Source: Giardia intestinalis (taxonomy: Eukaryota). From it: 64,000 bases of DNA. This document shows, piece after piece, positions 1-9,681 of the stretch. The DNA lies in assembly GCA_000002435.2 (NCBI GenBank), contig CM018793.1, one strand, 5' to 3'. The notes under the pieces were generated by a model. The model worked only from the letters and a program-made list of their open reading frames with translations. It had not been told where the DNA came from and ran no database searches. Made by a program: the position numbers and the translations under genes. The stretch's first letter is position 1. The number at the start of each line of letters is the position of its first letter.

Positions 1-1658
1 GATTTTAGAACGATGGTTTGATCGATCCCCAGGATAGTTCTTGCTGCCTCAAAGGAAGCCTGGAGGGCATTGATGCGGATTAGAGATGGCTCCCAGACCA
101 TTGCAGACATACAGTCTATCGTCTTCATATCATTATTGATATCCACCCCGTGCCAACAGACTGATCCCTGCTTGATGGCCTGGGAATGCAGTGACCTAAG
201 TTGCGCCAAAATGCATGTAGAATCAAACCCAGCATTTTCACAGAGTGAGTACGGAATAATCTCCAGAGCCTTTGCGATTGCTTCAAAGATCAGCTGATTC
301 TTGCCAGAGATTGTCTTGGCATGCCTGTAGAGCATAGCAGACAAGTACATCTCTATGGAGCCACCTCCTGCGATGAATCTAGGATGTCTGATAGCACGCC
401 TGACAACACAGATGGCGTCATGAAGTGAACGCTCGGATTCTTGAATGAACTGATCTGCGCCACCACGCAGGATGAAGGTACAGGTATTGACATGCTCAAA
501 GTTTGTAAAGTAGTTGAAGCGCTCCACACCCATCTGCTTTTCTTCAAAGAGACCACACCTCTTACCTAAAACAGAATCTGTCAGGTCAGAAACAGCAGAA
601 ATAATGCGAGCACCACTACAGGCACTGATACGCTTCATGTCCTCGTCGAGTACACGGCCTGCGCAGAATACCCTGTGGTCTGCAAAGTACTGCGTCGCCA
701 AGTCTCCAATGGACTTGTTTGAAAGAACAACCGTGGCACCTGCAGCGACAATCTTCTCCAGCTTTCCAAGAATAATCTTATACTCTGCGCTGACAATATC
801 CTTGAACTTCTCTGGATCCGTTAGTCGTATCTCTGCGTTGTCTTTTTCTGCTTGCCACTCTAGTTCAAAGTTGAGGCAGCAAATGACAGGGTTTGCAATG
901 CGCTTAGGTAGCTGCTCGTGTCCCGCATAGGTGAATGTCTTCTTAAACGCCACACCATGCACAAGTTGCGAATCCTGAAGAGCCCCTCCAAGCACTTTCT
1001 TCACCCCAATCAAGGTGTTCGCGTCAAGAATTTGCTTGCTAGATGTCTGGTCCTGTGCATCGTCAATAAGACTCATGACTGCATCCACAGTCATCTTGGA
1101 GAACTGCTCTTTGCATGGTGCAATCAACTTGCTATTCATTGCGGTGGCGGCCAAGGTTTCGAGCTTTTGGCGGAGCTCGTCGTTGAATCCAGTATTTCCA
1201 GGAACATACTCCGGCATATTGACCTCTATTTCTTTTATCTTTGCAATGCACATAGACAAGGCCTCCGACAGAACTCTGATGATAAGCCTGGGATGAACGT
1301 TAACTTCTATCAGCGGCATGCAGGACTTAAGAATACTGCCTGCTAAAACAACCACAGAGGTGGTCCCGTCACCTATCTCGCTGTCCTGCGACTTAGCGAT
1401 ATCGACAAGGCAACGGGCGGCAGGATGAACAATGTCTAAAAGCGTTATTATGGTCGCGCCATCATTAGAGACTGTAGGCTTGCCCTTAGAGACAATTAGC
1501 TTGTCCATGCCCCTAGGCCCCAACGTTGTCTGAAGCACGTCACTGATAGCCACACATGCTCGGATATTGGTCAGAAGCTGGCCCTTCCCTTGTGACGTAT
1601 CCGTGCTATCTTTGAGAAGCAAAATAGTGGGACGCAGACCGAACTTAGGCTGAGCCAT
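1..1658 (-). CDS. CCT7: T-complex protein 1 (CCT/TRiC chaperonin) eta subunit, N-terminal 552 codons; 3' end runs off the window start
   Basis: Hand translation of the minus strand from ATG at 1658 gives MAQPKFGLRPTILLLKDSTDTSQGKGQL...ACVAISDVLQTTLGPRGMDKLIVSKGKPTVSNDGATIITLLDIVHPAARCLVDIAKSQDSEIGDGTTSVV. It has the CCT signatures LGPRGMDKL, GDGTTS and VHPAAK..VDIAKSQD, and the closest match is the eta paralog. The ORF is open to position 1 and is not in the supplied track because it has no stop inside the window. Confidence 0.85.
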   Translation of the reverse strand, partial: MAQPKFGLRPTILLLKDSTDTSQGKGQLLTNIRACVAISDVLQTTLGPRGMDKLIVSKGKPTVSNDGATIITLLDIVHPAARCLVDIAKSQDSEIGDGTTSVVVLAGSILKSCMPLIEVNVHPRLIIRVLSEALSMCIAKIKEIEVNMPEYVPGNTGFNDELRQKLETLAATAMNSKLIAPCKEQFSKMTVDAVMSLIDDAQDQTSSKQILDANTLIGVKKVLGGALQDSQLVHGVAFKKTFTYAGHEQLPKRIANPVICCLNFELEWQAEKDNAEIRLTDPEKFKDIVSAEYKIILGKLEKIVAAGATVVLSNKSIGDLATQYFADHRVFCAGRVLDEDMKRISACSGARIISAVSDLTDSVLGKRCGLFEEKQMGVERFNYFTNFEHVNTCTFILRGGADQFIQESERSLHDAICVVRRAIRHPRFIAGGGSIEMYLSAMLYRHAKTISGKNQLIFEAIAKALEIIPYSLCENAGFDSTCILAQLRSLHSQAIKQGSVCWHGVDINNDMKTIDCMSAMVWEPSLIRINALQASFEAARTILGIDQTIVLK

Positions 1659-1684
1659 GAGGGTGATATTTAAATTTCATTTTA
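1659..1684. promoter_or_regulatory. 26-bp A/T-rich bidirectional initiator region shared by divergent CCT-eta and RNA polymerase subunit genes
   Basis: The sequence agggtgatatttaaatttcattttaATG lies between two head-to-head start codons. Giardia promoters are known to be short AT-rich initiator elements within about 50 bp of the ATG. Confidence 0.5.
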
Positions 1685-2665
1685 ATGAACCCCTCAATTA
1701 AGATCCTTTCGAAGACGGACCTCAAACTAGAACTAGAGATCAGTGGTGTCGACATCTCATACGTCAACGGGCTTCGTAGAGCCATATATGCCGATGTGCC
1801 CACCCTTGCTATCGATATTGTTAAGTTTTTAGACAACAGTACAACCCTCACGGAAGAATTCATAGCGCACCGCTTGGGGCTCATTCCGTTGAGAACGGCA
1901 GGTTCTCTCAGTGCAATTTCCTATTGGTACACTTGCGACGAGGAGCACTCAACAGAGATCGAATGCCGCGAGTGCACATTCAAAGGAACTCTGAACATTT
2001 CTAATGACAGTACTAAAATACGGGTAGTCACGGATAAGGATATAAAGTTCGATCACGGGGGTATCAGTACTCTCAGCAACTATCTAGAGTCGTCTTTTGG
2101 AGCAGCAGAGACGCCGAGCATCCCCATTCTGAAGCTAGCACCTGGCGAATCCATCAATGCCCTTCTCTATGCACGCAAGGATAGGGGGAAGATTCATGCC
2201 AAATGGTGCCCTGCAGCCTGTGTGGTCCTCCGACCTCTGGCCAGGATCATTCTGTGCGATGAATTTGAAAGGCTCCCACAGCAACACAACGACGTTGCAA
2301 GAACATACATTAGTGAGACGTGCCCCAGGAATGTCTTTACTATTGAAAACCGTCGAGTGGTTGTCAAGGATTCCAATAGCTGCATCTTTTGTAATGATTG
2401 CTTCAATATTCCGATTTCCCTGGGCGAACAGGGCGATAATGCCAATACAATCTGGCATCCAGCGTTGGTTACTCAGCAGCCAAACGCATTCTACTTTAGT
2501 ATAGAATCTAATGGCAGTATATCAGCCTATGATATCTTCCTGATGGCGTGTGATGAAATCAGTGCACGTGCAGATGAGATCCTTGCTGCGGCGACGAGTG
2601 TCTTCCAGGTTTCTGCAAAGGCCGACAACGTGATTATGTCCATTGAAGATGACTCATTAACATAA
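1685..2665 (+). CDS. DNA-directed RNA polymerase subunit of the Rpb3/AC40 (RpoD/alpha-like) family
   Basis: The 326-aa product carries GLRRAIYADVPTLAIDIVKFLDNSTTLTEEFIAHRLGLIPL, the conserved dimerisation motif of Rpb3/AC40. It also has a zinc-loop-like C-x9-C-x2-C segment and a KIHAKWCPAA motif. The start has an ttttaATG initiator context. Confidence 0.65.
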   Translation: MNPSIKILSKTDLKLELEISGVDISYVNGLRRAIYADVPTLAIDIVKFLDNSTTLTEEFIAHRLGLIPLRTAGSLSAISYWYTCDEEHSTEIECRECTFKGTLNISNDSTKIRVVTDKDIKFDHGGISTLSNYLESSFGAAETPSIPILKLAPGESINALLYARKDRGKIHAKWCPAACVVLRPLARIILCDEFERLPQQHNDVARTYISETCPRNVFTIENRRVVVKDSNSCIFCNDCFNIPISLGEQGDNANTIWHPALVTQQPNAFYFSIESNGSISAYDIFLMACDEISARADEILAAATSVFQVSAKADNVIMSIEDDSLT

Positions 2666-5600
2666 ATGTCTAGGTATATACGGTGAACAATATGGCGAAT
2701 GTTAATGGTATTTATTCTTTCCCCTGTTTCATTTAAAAAGGATATGTCAATGTGTGAGATTGCAGAATAATGTTATTGTACACAAACAACATTTTATCGG
2801 GTGGAGGTACTAAGCATAGATCGGATCATCATTAGACTGTTCAAGTAAACTACCCGGCTGAGTCGTCCCTCAAAGTGGCCTTTCATTGAATCTTAGCCCA
2901 CCATTCGGCTCTGGTGAGGAAGAGAACCTCTTAATTTACTCTCTGCTTCACCGAGGCGGCCGCCCGCTGCTGCCCGAGCATCTCCGTGAGGATCGCCGCT
3001 CCTCGCGATGCCTCTAGGGTTCCTTCCTTCCTCTGGCTAGCTTGGGGCAACCATCGTCTGGCACCTGGGTGACCACACACTATCTCAGGGCCTGCTGTCG
3101 ATCACGGCGATCTGGCTTCCACGTGGCCCTGGTGCTAGTTCTCCGTGACGAGAATCGCACGCCATGAGCCTCGGGTGTCCACCCCGTTCCTCGGGGTGCC
3201 TCTTCATCTCCCCATGACGTGAATCATCGACCCTGCTGTCGGAGGTGCGCTCCACGTACGCCTCCATCTTGGAGTCATAGTACGCATTCGTGGATGCCGA
3301 CGGAGTACTCCCATGCGTTGTGTCGGGGGAGAAGTATGGCCCTCCTGCTCATGGATCGCAGTGCACTCTTGCAGGCGGTCCGTCACCCAGCACGAGACCG
3401 TGTCGACGCCCATCCTGTGCAGTGCATCTGGCTCAGTGACGTGTGGGCTGGTCCATCTGCACAGCACACCTGGGGTGATGCTTCGGTCTGTCGAGGCGTC
3501 GGTCCAGGACCACCTCTCTGAGAGGCGTCGTCTGAGGCACCAAGAGCGATTAGGACCGGTTCACCGAAGTCGGCTTGCTCGGTAGCCGGCACCCGCCTAC
3601 TCGGGGGTGTCAGGCACTGCCAACTGCTGTGGCAGACCCCTGGCAGGTGGCCCGGGCCACCACTCTTCGGTGCAGGCAGGATCAGCCCGCCTCTGTCAGC
3701 CAAGCACCCCAGGGGCCGACTTGCCTGTCGAGGGATTCACATGGGCCGCGTGTGGGTCCATCCCGGCCAGCACGGCGAGTGATTAGTGCCATCACTGACT
3801 TCAGGCTCTCTGCCGCCTTGGGGGCTCCTTGAGACCGGCCAGGAAGGAGGCCCCCTGCCCCTCCGTGCTCCTGCACCCGGTGGTGACCGTCGAGCCATGT
3901 TGCTTCGCCGGGCCTGTCGCTTCTGTGACTGCCCCGTCGCGTCGCTGTCGTCGGCACGGGCAGTGAGCGGGGCATCTCCTTCAGCTCCTGGTGAGCAGGT
4001 TCTGTCCCCCGCAGCACAGAAGCATGCGCAGGGCCCCGAGGGATCGAGCCCAGGGGTGCAGCGCGTCGCAGCCGGAGGAAGGCCCCGACGCAGCTCCTCG
4101 GGACGGGGCATACTCGCCTGGCAGAGGCCGTCTACTGTTGGAATGTTCGCTATGTCGAGCAAGACCGCTGTGTTCCATCAGTCTGCGCCTCTCTGCGCCA
4201 TGCAAATGCCGCCCATGTGCAGTCGGTGGAACGCAGTCTGCTCGGTCTCAAGGAAGACCAGTGTCTGGGTCTCCAGGGGACTCGGAACTGCCTTGTGGAG
4301 CGCATCATGATAATCCACCGATTGCACTTGCCCTGCCTCGTCCTTGGGAAGAGGGAAGAACAAGAGTTTTTCTCCCGTCGAAGTCGCTTGACACTCACCT
4401 TCGAACTCTGGATCTGGATCTCGGTTGGTGAACGAGCGAGGGACTTGCCCAGGGAGGCGGTGGCTCGCATGAGAGACCACTCAGATAGCAGGCGACAGCC
4501 CCACCCCGGCTAAAAAACTTGAGGCAGCCGTTGCACCCGCCGCCCTCAGGACAGAGTTTCTGCATGCATGGCTAGCTGCCCTTGCCAGTTCGGTCTACTG
4601 GTCCGGTAGTCTGAGGACCCTCTGCCCCGCTCTCTGGCGTACGATGCATCGCAACTGCTCATACGGGTAAGCAGCGTGAAAGAGGAATTGCATGTGCAGA
4701 CAGCGTGTTGTGCTCGTCTCAGAGGCCCAGGGCTTCTAAAGGCGAATTGCTGTGCTGAGCCACACGCCTCATTGCCTTGCGCCGGTGACTGCCTCCACCA
4801 CCGTCTTCGTTGCACTTGGGCTGTGCCTGCCCAGCAGACTGAGCAGAGATTACAGAAGCTTCTCTAATAATGCACACACGCCGCATAAGGTCTGATGGTA
4901 GAATGGACACCGCCTGTTTGAGCTATCTGTTATCAGTGAAGAATAGCACCAGAGATGCTTCTGTGTAAGCATGGGGTCTTCGCACCTGTCCCCTATCAGC
5001 TATAGCGACAGCTATATATCCAGAAAGGTCCTGCAGAGCGCTCCACCGTCTTTCAAGGTGAGACATGAGCTCCACACCTATGGCTAAAACAGAACTCTGT
5101 ACACCAACTGTTGTAAGCCTCATGTGATAACTGGTCTGTATCATAGTCAACTTACTAAGCATCTATACACTTGTTTGGATGCCCGTTGCTGGTTTTAGAC
5201 GGACCTGCGAAGAGGCTTGCCTTTGTCCGCATTGACCTAGTGGTATCTAGTCTTGGTGACAGGCTTCAAGGAAGGAGGATGTTATTTGGGTACATAGAAG
5301 GCTACTCGTGTACAAAGATCCTCGAGAAGCAAATTTAGACAAAGAAGATGGAGAAAGCCAGGGAGCCCACTCTGTAATAGGATGACTAGGTATAGACCCA
5401 TATTGCAATAAGGACACACGTGAGTCCCTCTGGCTTCTAGCCGTGGAAAATCGTGGAGTCTGCGGACGACTTGGAGGCTGATTTGATTTTGTGCATTTGT
5501 AGCGAGGCAGAGGCTTCTGGATACTCAACTGTTCCGAAGTCGAGGGAGCTCGTTTCCTCTCCATACGTAGCGCAAGACCCTATTGTAGAGGTATACGGTG

Positions 5601-7384
5601 CACACCAATATCAGTCAGCGTGTTTGCTACTCAGCAGTTCCTCAGTTGCGTCTTTCCGCAGTAGACGAGCCACCGGATGATGCTCCCACAATCCACACGA
5701 TTAGCTTTATAGTGCTCTGTAGATGGCCATCCACCCTTACCAGAGGACGACTACACGCATTACGCAGTTTGAGGTACTTGCCAATCGAGGTGGCATAGTC
5801 AGCTCTTGCCCGCTCAAGCTAGACCTCAACCACCTTGCCAACTACATTCCAAGTCACGGTGTTTATAGATGTCCACCTCAAGTCTGCAAGGTGCATCCCA
5901 CGACTGCACAGCGCGGATAGAAATCCTTGCCTGTTATAAGAGGCGCCAACCAGTTTACTGCATCTGGATATCCCTTGTGCGCCCAACAGAGACTTAATGG
6001 ATCACATTGCTGTGCACACCAGCCTCTCTGCTCGCGAGCTGCTTTAGGGCTCTCTCATTGTCTCGCCTCCACATGGTTGTCAGACTACCAAGCACTTTGT
6101 AACGTCAGCTGATCACCCGAGATATCAAGCTTTCGTACAGCGGGTTGCTCAATGTGACACGAAATCTAGAGGGCACTGACGTTCCTAGCTTGCTGTCCAT
6201 ATAGCACTATCATCAATCTTCAGTCCAGTTGACCAGCACACAGTCCGTTCTCTGGCCAGCCAACCGGGCCTAGTCTTGCTGGTAGACTTTCGAGCATAAG
6301 AGTATCCCCTGACAGCGGTGGCCACGCTGTGTACATTGCCCGGATGATCACTCTTGGCAATGGCTCCAGGACCTGGGCACCCCAGACCAGAGGGACGACA
6401 ACGGCCCAGTTCGTCTACGGCTCCACTATCCCTTAGTTAGCATGGAGTGTGGCAGCCCAGATAGCGCTGGCCGTCCGGTATCACCTTTTCTCCGGTGCGC
6501 GGGGGTAGCCCTCGTGTGAGAGGCGCTGTGATATGTTGGCTGGAGCCGGTCAGGCGAGCGGGACCACCGCTCTAGAAGTGCTGGCACATCATTGCGTGTC
6601 CGAAGGCATGCCCACCTCAGTGGGACCATCCCAGATGAGGACGGACGGGCACCGGTTCCTAGATGGGCCTGCGACCGGCGAGGGACAGTCTTTAAAGACG
6701 ATCGGCCGGCAGAGCCCTTCAGTGGCATAGGAGTCGACAGGGGGCAGGCTTATCGACGGTCTGCGGTGCAACCAGGTTAAGTCGTATGACAGACGGACAT
6801 CCATCCGTTCGCGGTGGGCATGTTGCGTGTCCCTAAGCAGAGGGGGCAGTCGTAGTGAGTCGCGATAGAACACGCAGCCATCCTCCACGGGGCATCGCTC
6901 CTGCCGGGCCTCAATGTAGGACCTCGACGAGCAGTGTCTGAGGCATCTGCTTGTGATGACCCGTGGCTCGGGCTGCTGGACATCGCACGGCCGGCTCCAT
7001 CGGGTCGCTGGTCAGGCATCCAGGAGAACCTAGGAGTTCCTTGGCAGACCTTGTGACTGGCACAGCAGGAGAGCTGGTCGCCAGGAGACCATCACATCAC
7101 AGTGAAGAGCTAGACAGGCCACCGTGTAGCAGTTATCATGTGATGCGCCTTGCAATGTAAAGGAGGAGATCTGCACTGATCGATCCATCTTCATGGCCGG
7201 CTAGTTACATGGGACCCGGGGATGGCAGGCCATGAGACTGGAATCAGCACGCTCCCACCTCTCAACGCAGACCCATGTGGAGGCCCTCCCTGCCAGTGTG
7301 TTATGCAGCACAGGCAGATGCCACGAAAGGACGGACTGACGAGCGAAGTTGCTATATCCCTGTGTAACAGAGCGTCGAGCCACA

Positions 7385-9166
7385 ATGTTCTACGCAGTTT
7401 TGCTGATTGGCCTCATGCTCGAGATGGCATGGGCAGCGCAAGCCGGAGACGAATGTGAGGAGGTAACTGGCAGTGAACCCAATACTTGCAAGACCTGTAG
7501 CGCCGTCATCAACGGCAAGAAGTACTGCTCGCAGTGCAACGACACTGGGAATTCTAATTCCGGTGGCGCCCCGACAGACGGAGTGTGCTCAGCAGACAAT
7601 AACGAGTGCAGCCAAAAACAAGATGGGAAGTGTACACAGTGCGCTAATAAATCCTTCATGTACAAGGGCGGATGCTACAAGGATAGCCAGGCACCTGGCA
7701 ACACGATGTGTGAAACAGCAACTGATGGAGTGTGCACGCAGGCTAAGGCTGGGTACTTCCTACCACCCGATGCTGATAGAGATAATGCACACCAATCGGT
7801 CATACCATGTGGAGATGTTGAAGAAGTGTTGGTTGGAAACAGCCACAAGTACAAGGGCGTGCTGCACTGCAAAGTGTGTGATGCACCCAAAGCAGCAGCA
7901 AGTGATACTAATCCTGTGCCTGCCACGTGCACAACCTGTGAGGACGGGTTCTTTGGCCCCACTTGTGAAGCATGCCAAGACGAGAATTGTGCTACGTGTG
8001 CCGTAACAGGCAATAACAAGTGCAGTAAGTGTAAAGGAACTGGTACTAAGACATATCTGAAAGTGGACAGTGGCAGCACAGGCACGTGCGTCGAAGCATC
8101 TGGATGTACAGCGGCTACGTTTCCAAAGGTCGATGAACAACAGGGAAACAAGTGCGCTGCATGTAATAGTGTGCCAGATGGTGGAATCGCTAATTGTGCG
8201 ACGTGCAGTCTGCTCACTCAAGGATCTAGAGCCGCCCCTTTGGTCACATGCTTGACGTGTGAACAAAATAAGTATCTCACTCCAGAAAAGAATGCGTGCT
8301 TAGATACCTGCCCTGCTGGAATGTATGCCGTTAGTGGCGATAGCGGCAATGTTTGTACCCCCTGCCACGAGTCATGCGCAAGCTGTAGTACTAATGCAAA
8401 AACGTCGTGTACGGCTTGCTACCCTGGGTATGTGCTAAGCAAGGGCGACGATGGAGCCACCGGCACATGCATCCCAGAGTGCACGGGAAGGTATGCAGAG
8501 AATTGCGCAGACGGGCAGTGCACGGCCGTCGTTGGGGGCTCCAAGTACTGCAGCAAGTGCAAGGCCGGATACGCCCCAGTGGACGGCGTCTGTGTGTCGA
8601 CAACGACAAGGGCAGCACTTGGATGCACCCCGGGTGACGGAGTATGTACTGCGTGTACAGGTTCATACTTCCTGCAGTCTGGCGGGTGCTATCAGTCGAC
8701 AGCATACCCAGGTAACACATTATGCAGTAGTGCTCAGAACGGACAGTGTCAGACATGTGCAGCCAATGGACAAAGCCCAGCCGGAGGAAAATGTCCGGAA
8801 TGTTCTGAGGGCTGTGCAAAGTGTGGGGCTAGCAATTCGGATGTTTGTACTGAATGCTATTCTGGATATTATAGAACTGGTACTGGTAAGTGTTTCAAAT
8901 GTGCAGCTGATAGCGATAATGGAATAGTTGGTGTGCCTAATTGCGTAAGCTGTGCTCCTCCATCTAATGGTCAAGGATCTGTCATCTGCTACATAACGCG
9001 ACAAGAGACTGACGATGGCACCGGCGGAGACACTGGAGGAGACAGCATGAACAAGAGCGGCCTCTCCACGGGTGCCATCGCGGGGATCTCTGTGGCTGTG
9101 GTCGTCGTTGTGGGGGGCCTCGTAGGCTTTCTCTGCTGGTGGTTTATCTGCCGTGGAAAGGCGTAG
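7385..9166 (+). CDS. vsp: Variant-specific surface protein (VSP), 593 aa, apparently intact
   Basis: The product has a signal peptide MFYAVLLIGLMLEMAWA and about 12% Cys arranged as repeated CXXC. It has GGCY motifs (KGGCYKDSQAPGNTMC, QSGGCYQSTAYPGNTLC). The C-terminal TM is GAIAGISVAVVVVVGGLVGFLCWWFI followed by the invariant CRGKA. An AGTAAAC poly(A) signal lies at 9179..9185. The track ORF starts at a TTG at 7349, and the first ATG is 7385. Confidence 0.9.
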   Translation: MFYAVLLIGLMLEMAWAAQAGDECEEVTGSEPNTCKTCSAVINGKKYCSQCNDTGNSNSGGAPTDGVCSADNNECSQKQDGKCTQCANKSFMYKGGCYKDSQAPGNTMCETATDGVCTQAKAGYFLPPDADRDNAHQSVIPCGDVEEVLVGNSHKYKGVLHCKVCDAPKAAASDTNPVPATCTTCEDGFFGPTCEACQDENCATCAVTGNNKCSKCKGTGTKTYLKVDSGSTGTCVEASGCTAATFPKVDEQQGNKCAACNSVPDGGIANCATCSLLTQGSRAAPLVTCLTCEQNKYLTPEKNACLDTCPAGMYAVSGDSGNVCTPCHESCASCSTNAKTSCTACYPGYVLSKGDDGATGTCIPECTGRYAENCADGQCTAVVGGSKYCSKCKAGYAPVDGVCVSTTTRAALGCTPGDGVCTACTGSYFLQSGGCYQSTAYPGNTLCSSAQNGQCQTCAANGQSPAGGKCPECSEGCAKCGASNSDVCTECYSGYYRTGTGKCFKCAADSDNGIVGVPNCVSCAPPSNGQGSVICYITRQETDDGTGGDTGGDSMNKSGLSTGAIAGISVAVVVVVGGLVGFLCWWFICRGKA

Positions 9167-9178
9167 ATGTACTTAGGT

Positions 9179-9185
9179 AGTAAAC
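9179..9185 (+). promoter_or_regulatory. Giardia-type poly(A) signal AGTAAAC (AGTRAAY) 13 nt after the vsp stop; mirrored at 11925..11931 (-)
   Basis: This is an exact match to the reported Giardia polyadenylation consensus, at the expected distance from the stop codon. Confidence 0.5.
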
Positions 9186-9681
9186 GCGTCACTGTATATG
9201 GCTTATTACACTATGCTGCTGGGGCTATCTGAGTGTGGCCCAGAGATTGTGCGGGTGGACCCGCTCCTTCCTGGCCAGTTCAGAGACGAGGGTTGAGTAT
9301 GGATAACATAATGAAAGAGTCCTCTTCAGTGACACATCCAGAATCTGGGCATTCCTCGCCGCTCCATGAGGATATGCTCTGTCTGGATGTCCATGCCGAT
9401 CTGCCTTGGATTCAGGCCTTCTCGCAGGCTCTCTGCTCTACCGGTGGCGCCTCTCCATGGTCTGCCGCCTTGGTGGGTGAAGCTCCGATCGCTGTCTTTT
9501 TTAGATGCTCCCGTCTGTCAGGGGCTGCCCTCGGGCTCTCCGCTGGCTGGGCCCTCGGTGTCCGCCCGGCTGTGGTTCTGGGCAGTGCTCTACAGTCGCG
9601 GTCACGCAGGTCTCAGTGGGCCAGCTGGTGGGTGGGGCGGGGGTTGATGGGGCGGTGGGACTGGAGGGGACCGGGTGGGGG

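Larger units (their letters stand above)
2936..9681. repeat. Left arm of large inverted repeat (6746 bp): 4.4-kb GC-rich ORF-poor block, vsp gene, 0.5 kb 3' flank
   Basis: The reverse complement of 2936..9681 matches 11429..18175 (coordinate sum 21110-21111). The outer junction was checked by hand (ttactctctgcttca at 2936 versus rc of 18161..18175). The inner junction was checked by hand (9601..9681 versus rc of 11429..11509). Confidence 0.9.

Noticed and set aside
2936-7384. Considered whether the GC-rich ORF-poor block is rDNA (Giardia rRNA genes are very GC-rich).
   Set aside because: No universal rRNA core motifs could be found on either strand, e.g. GTGCCAGCAGCCGCGGTAA or the SSU 3' end GTAGGTGAACCTGCGGAAGGATCATT. 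The sequence is not repetitive like an rDNA unit.
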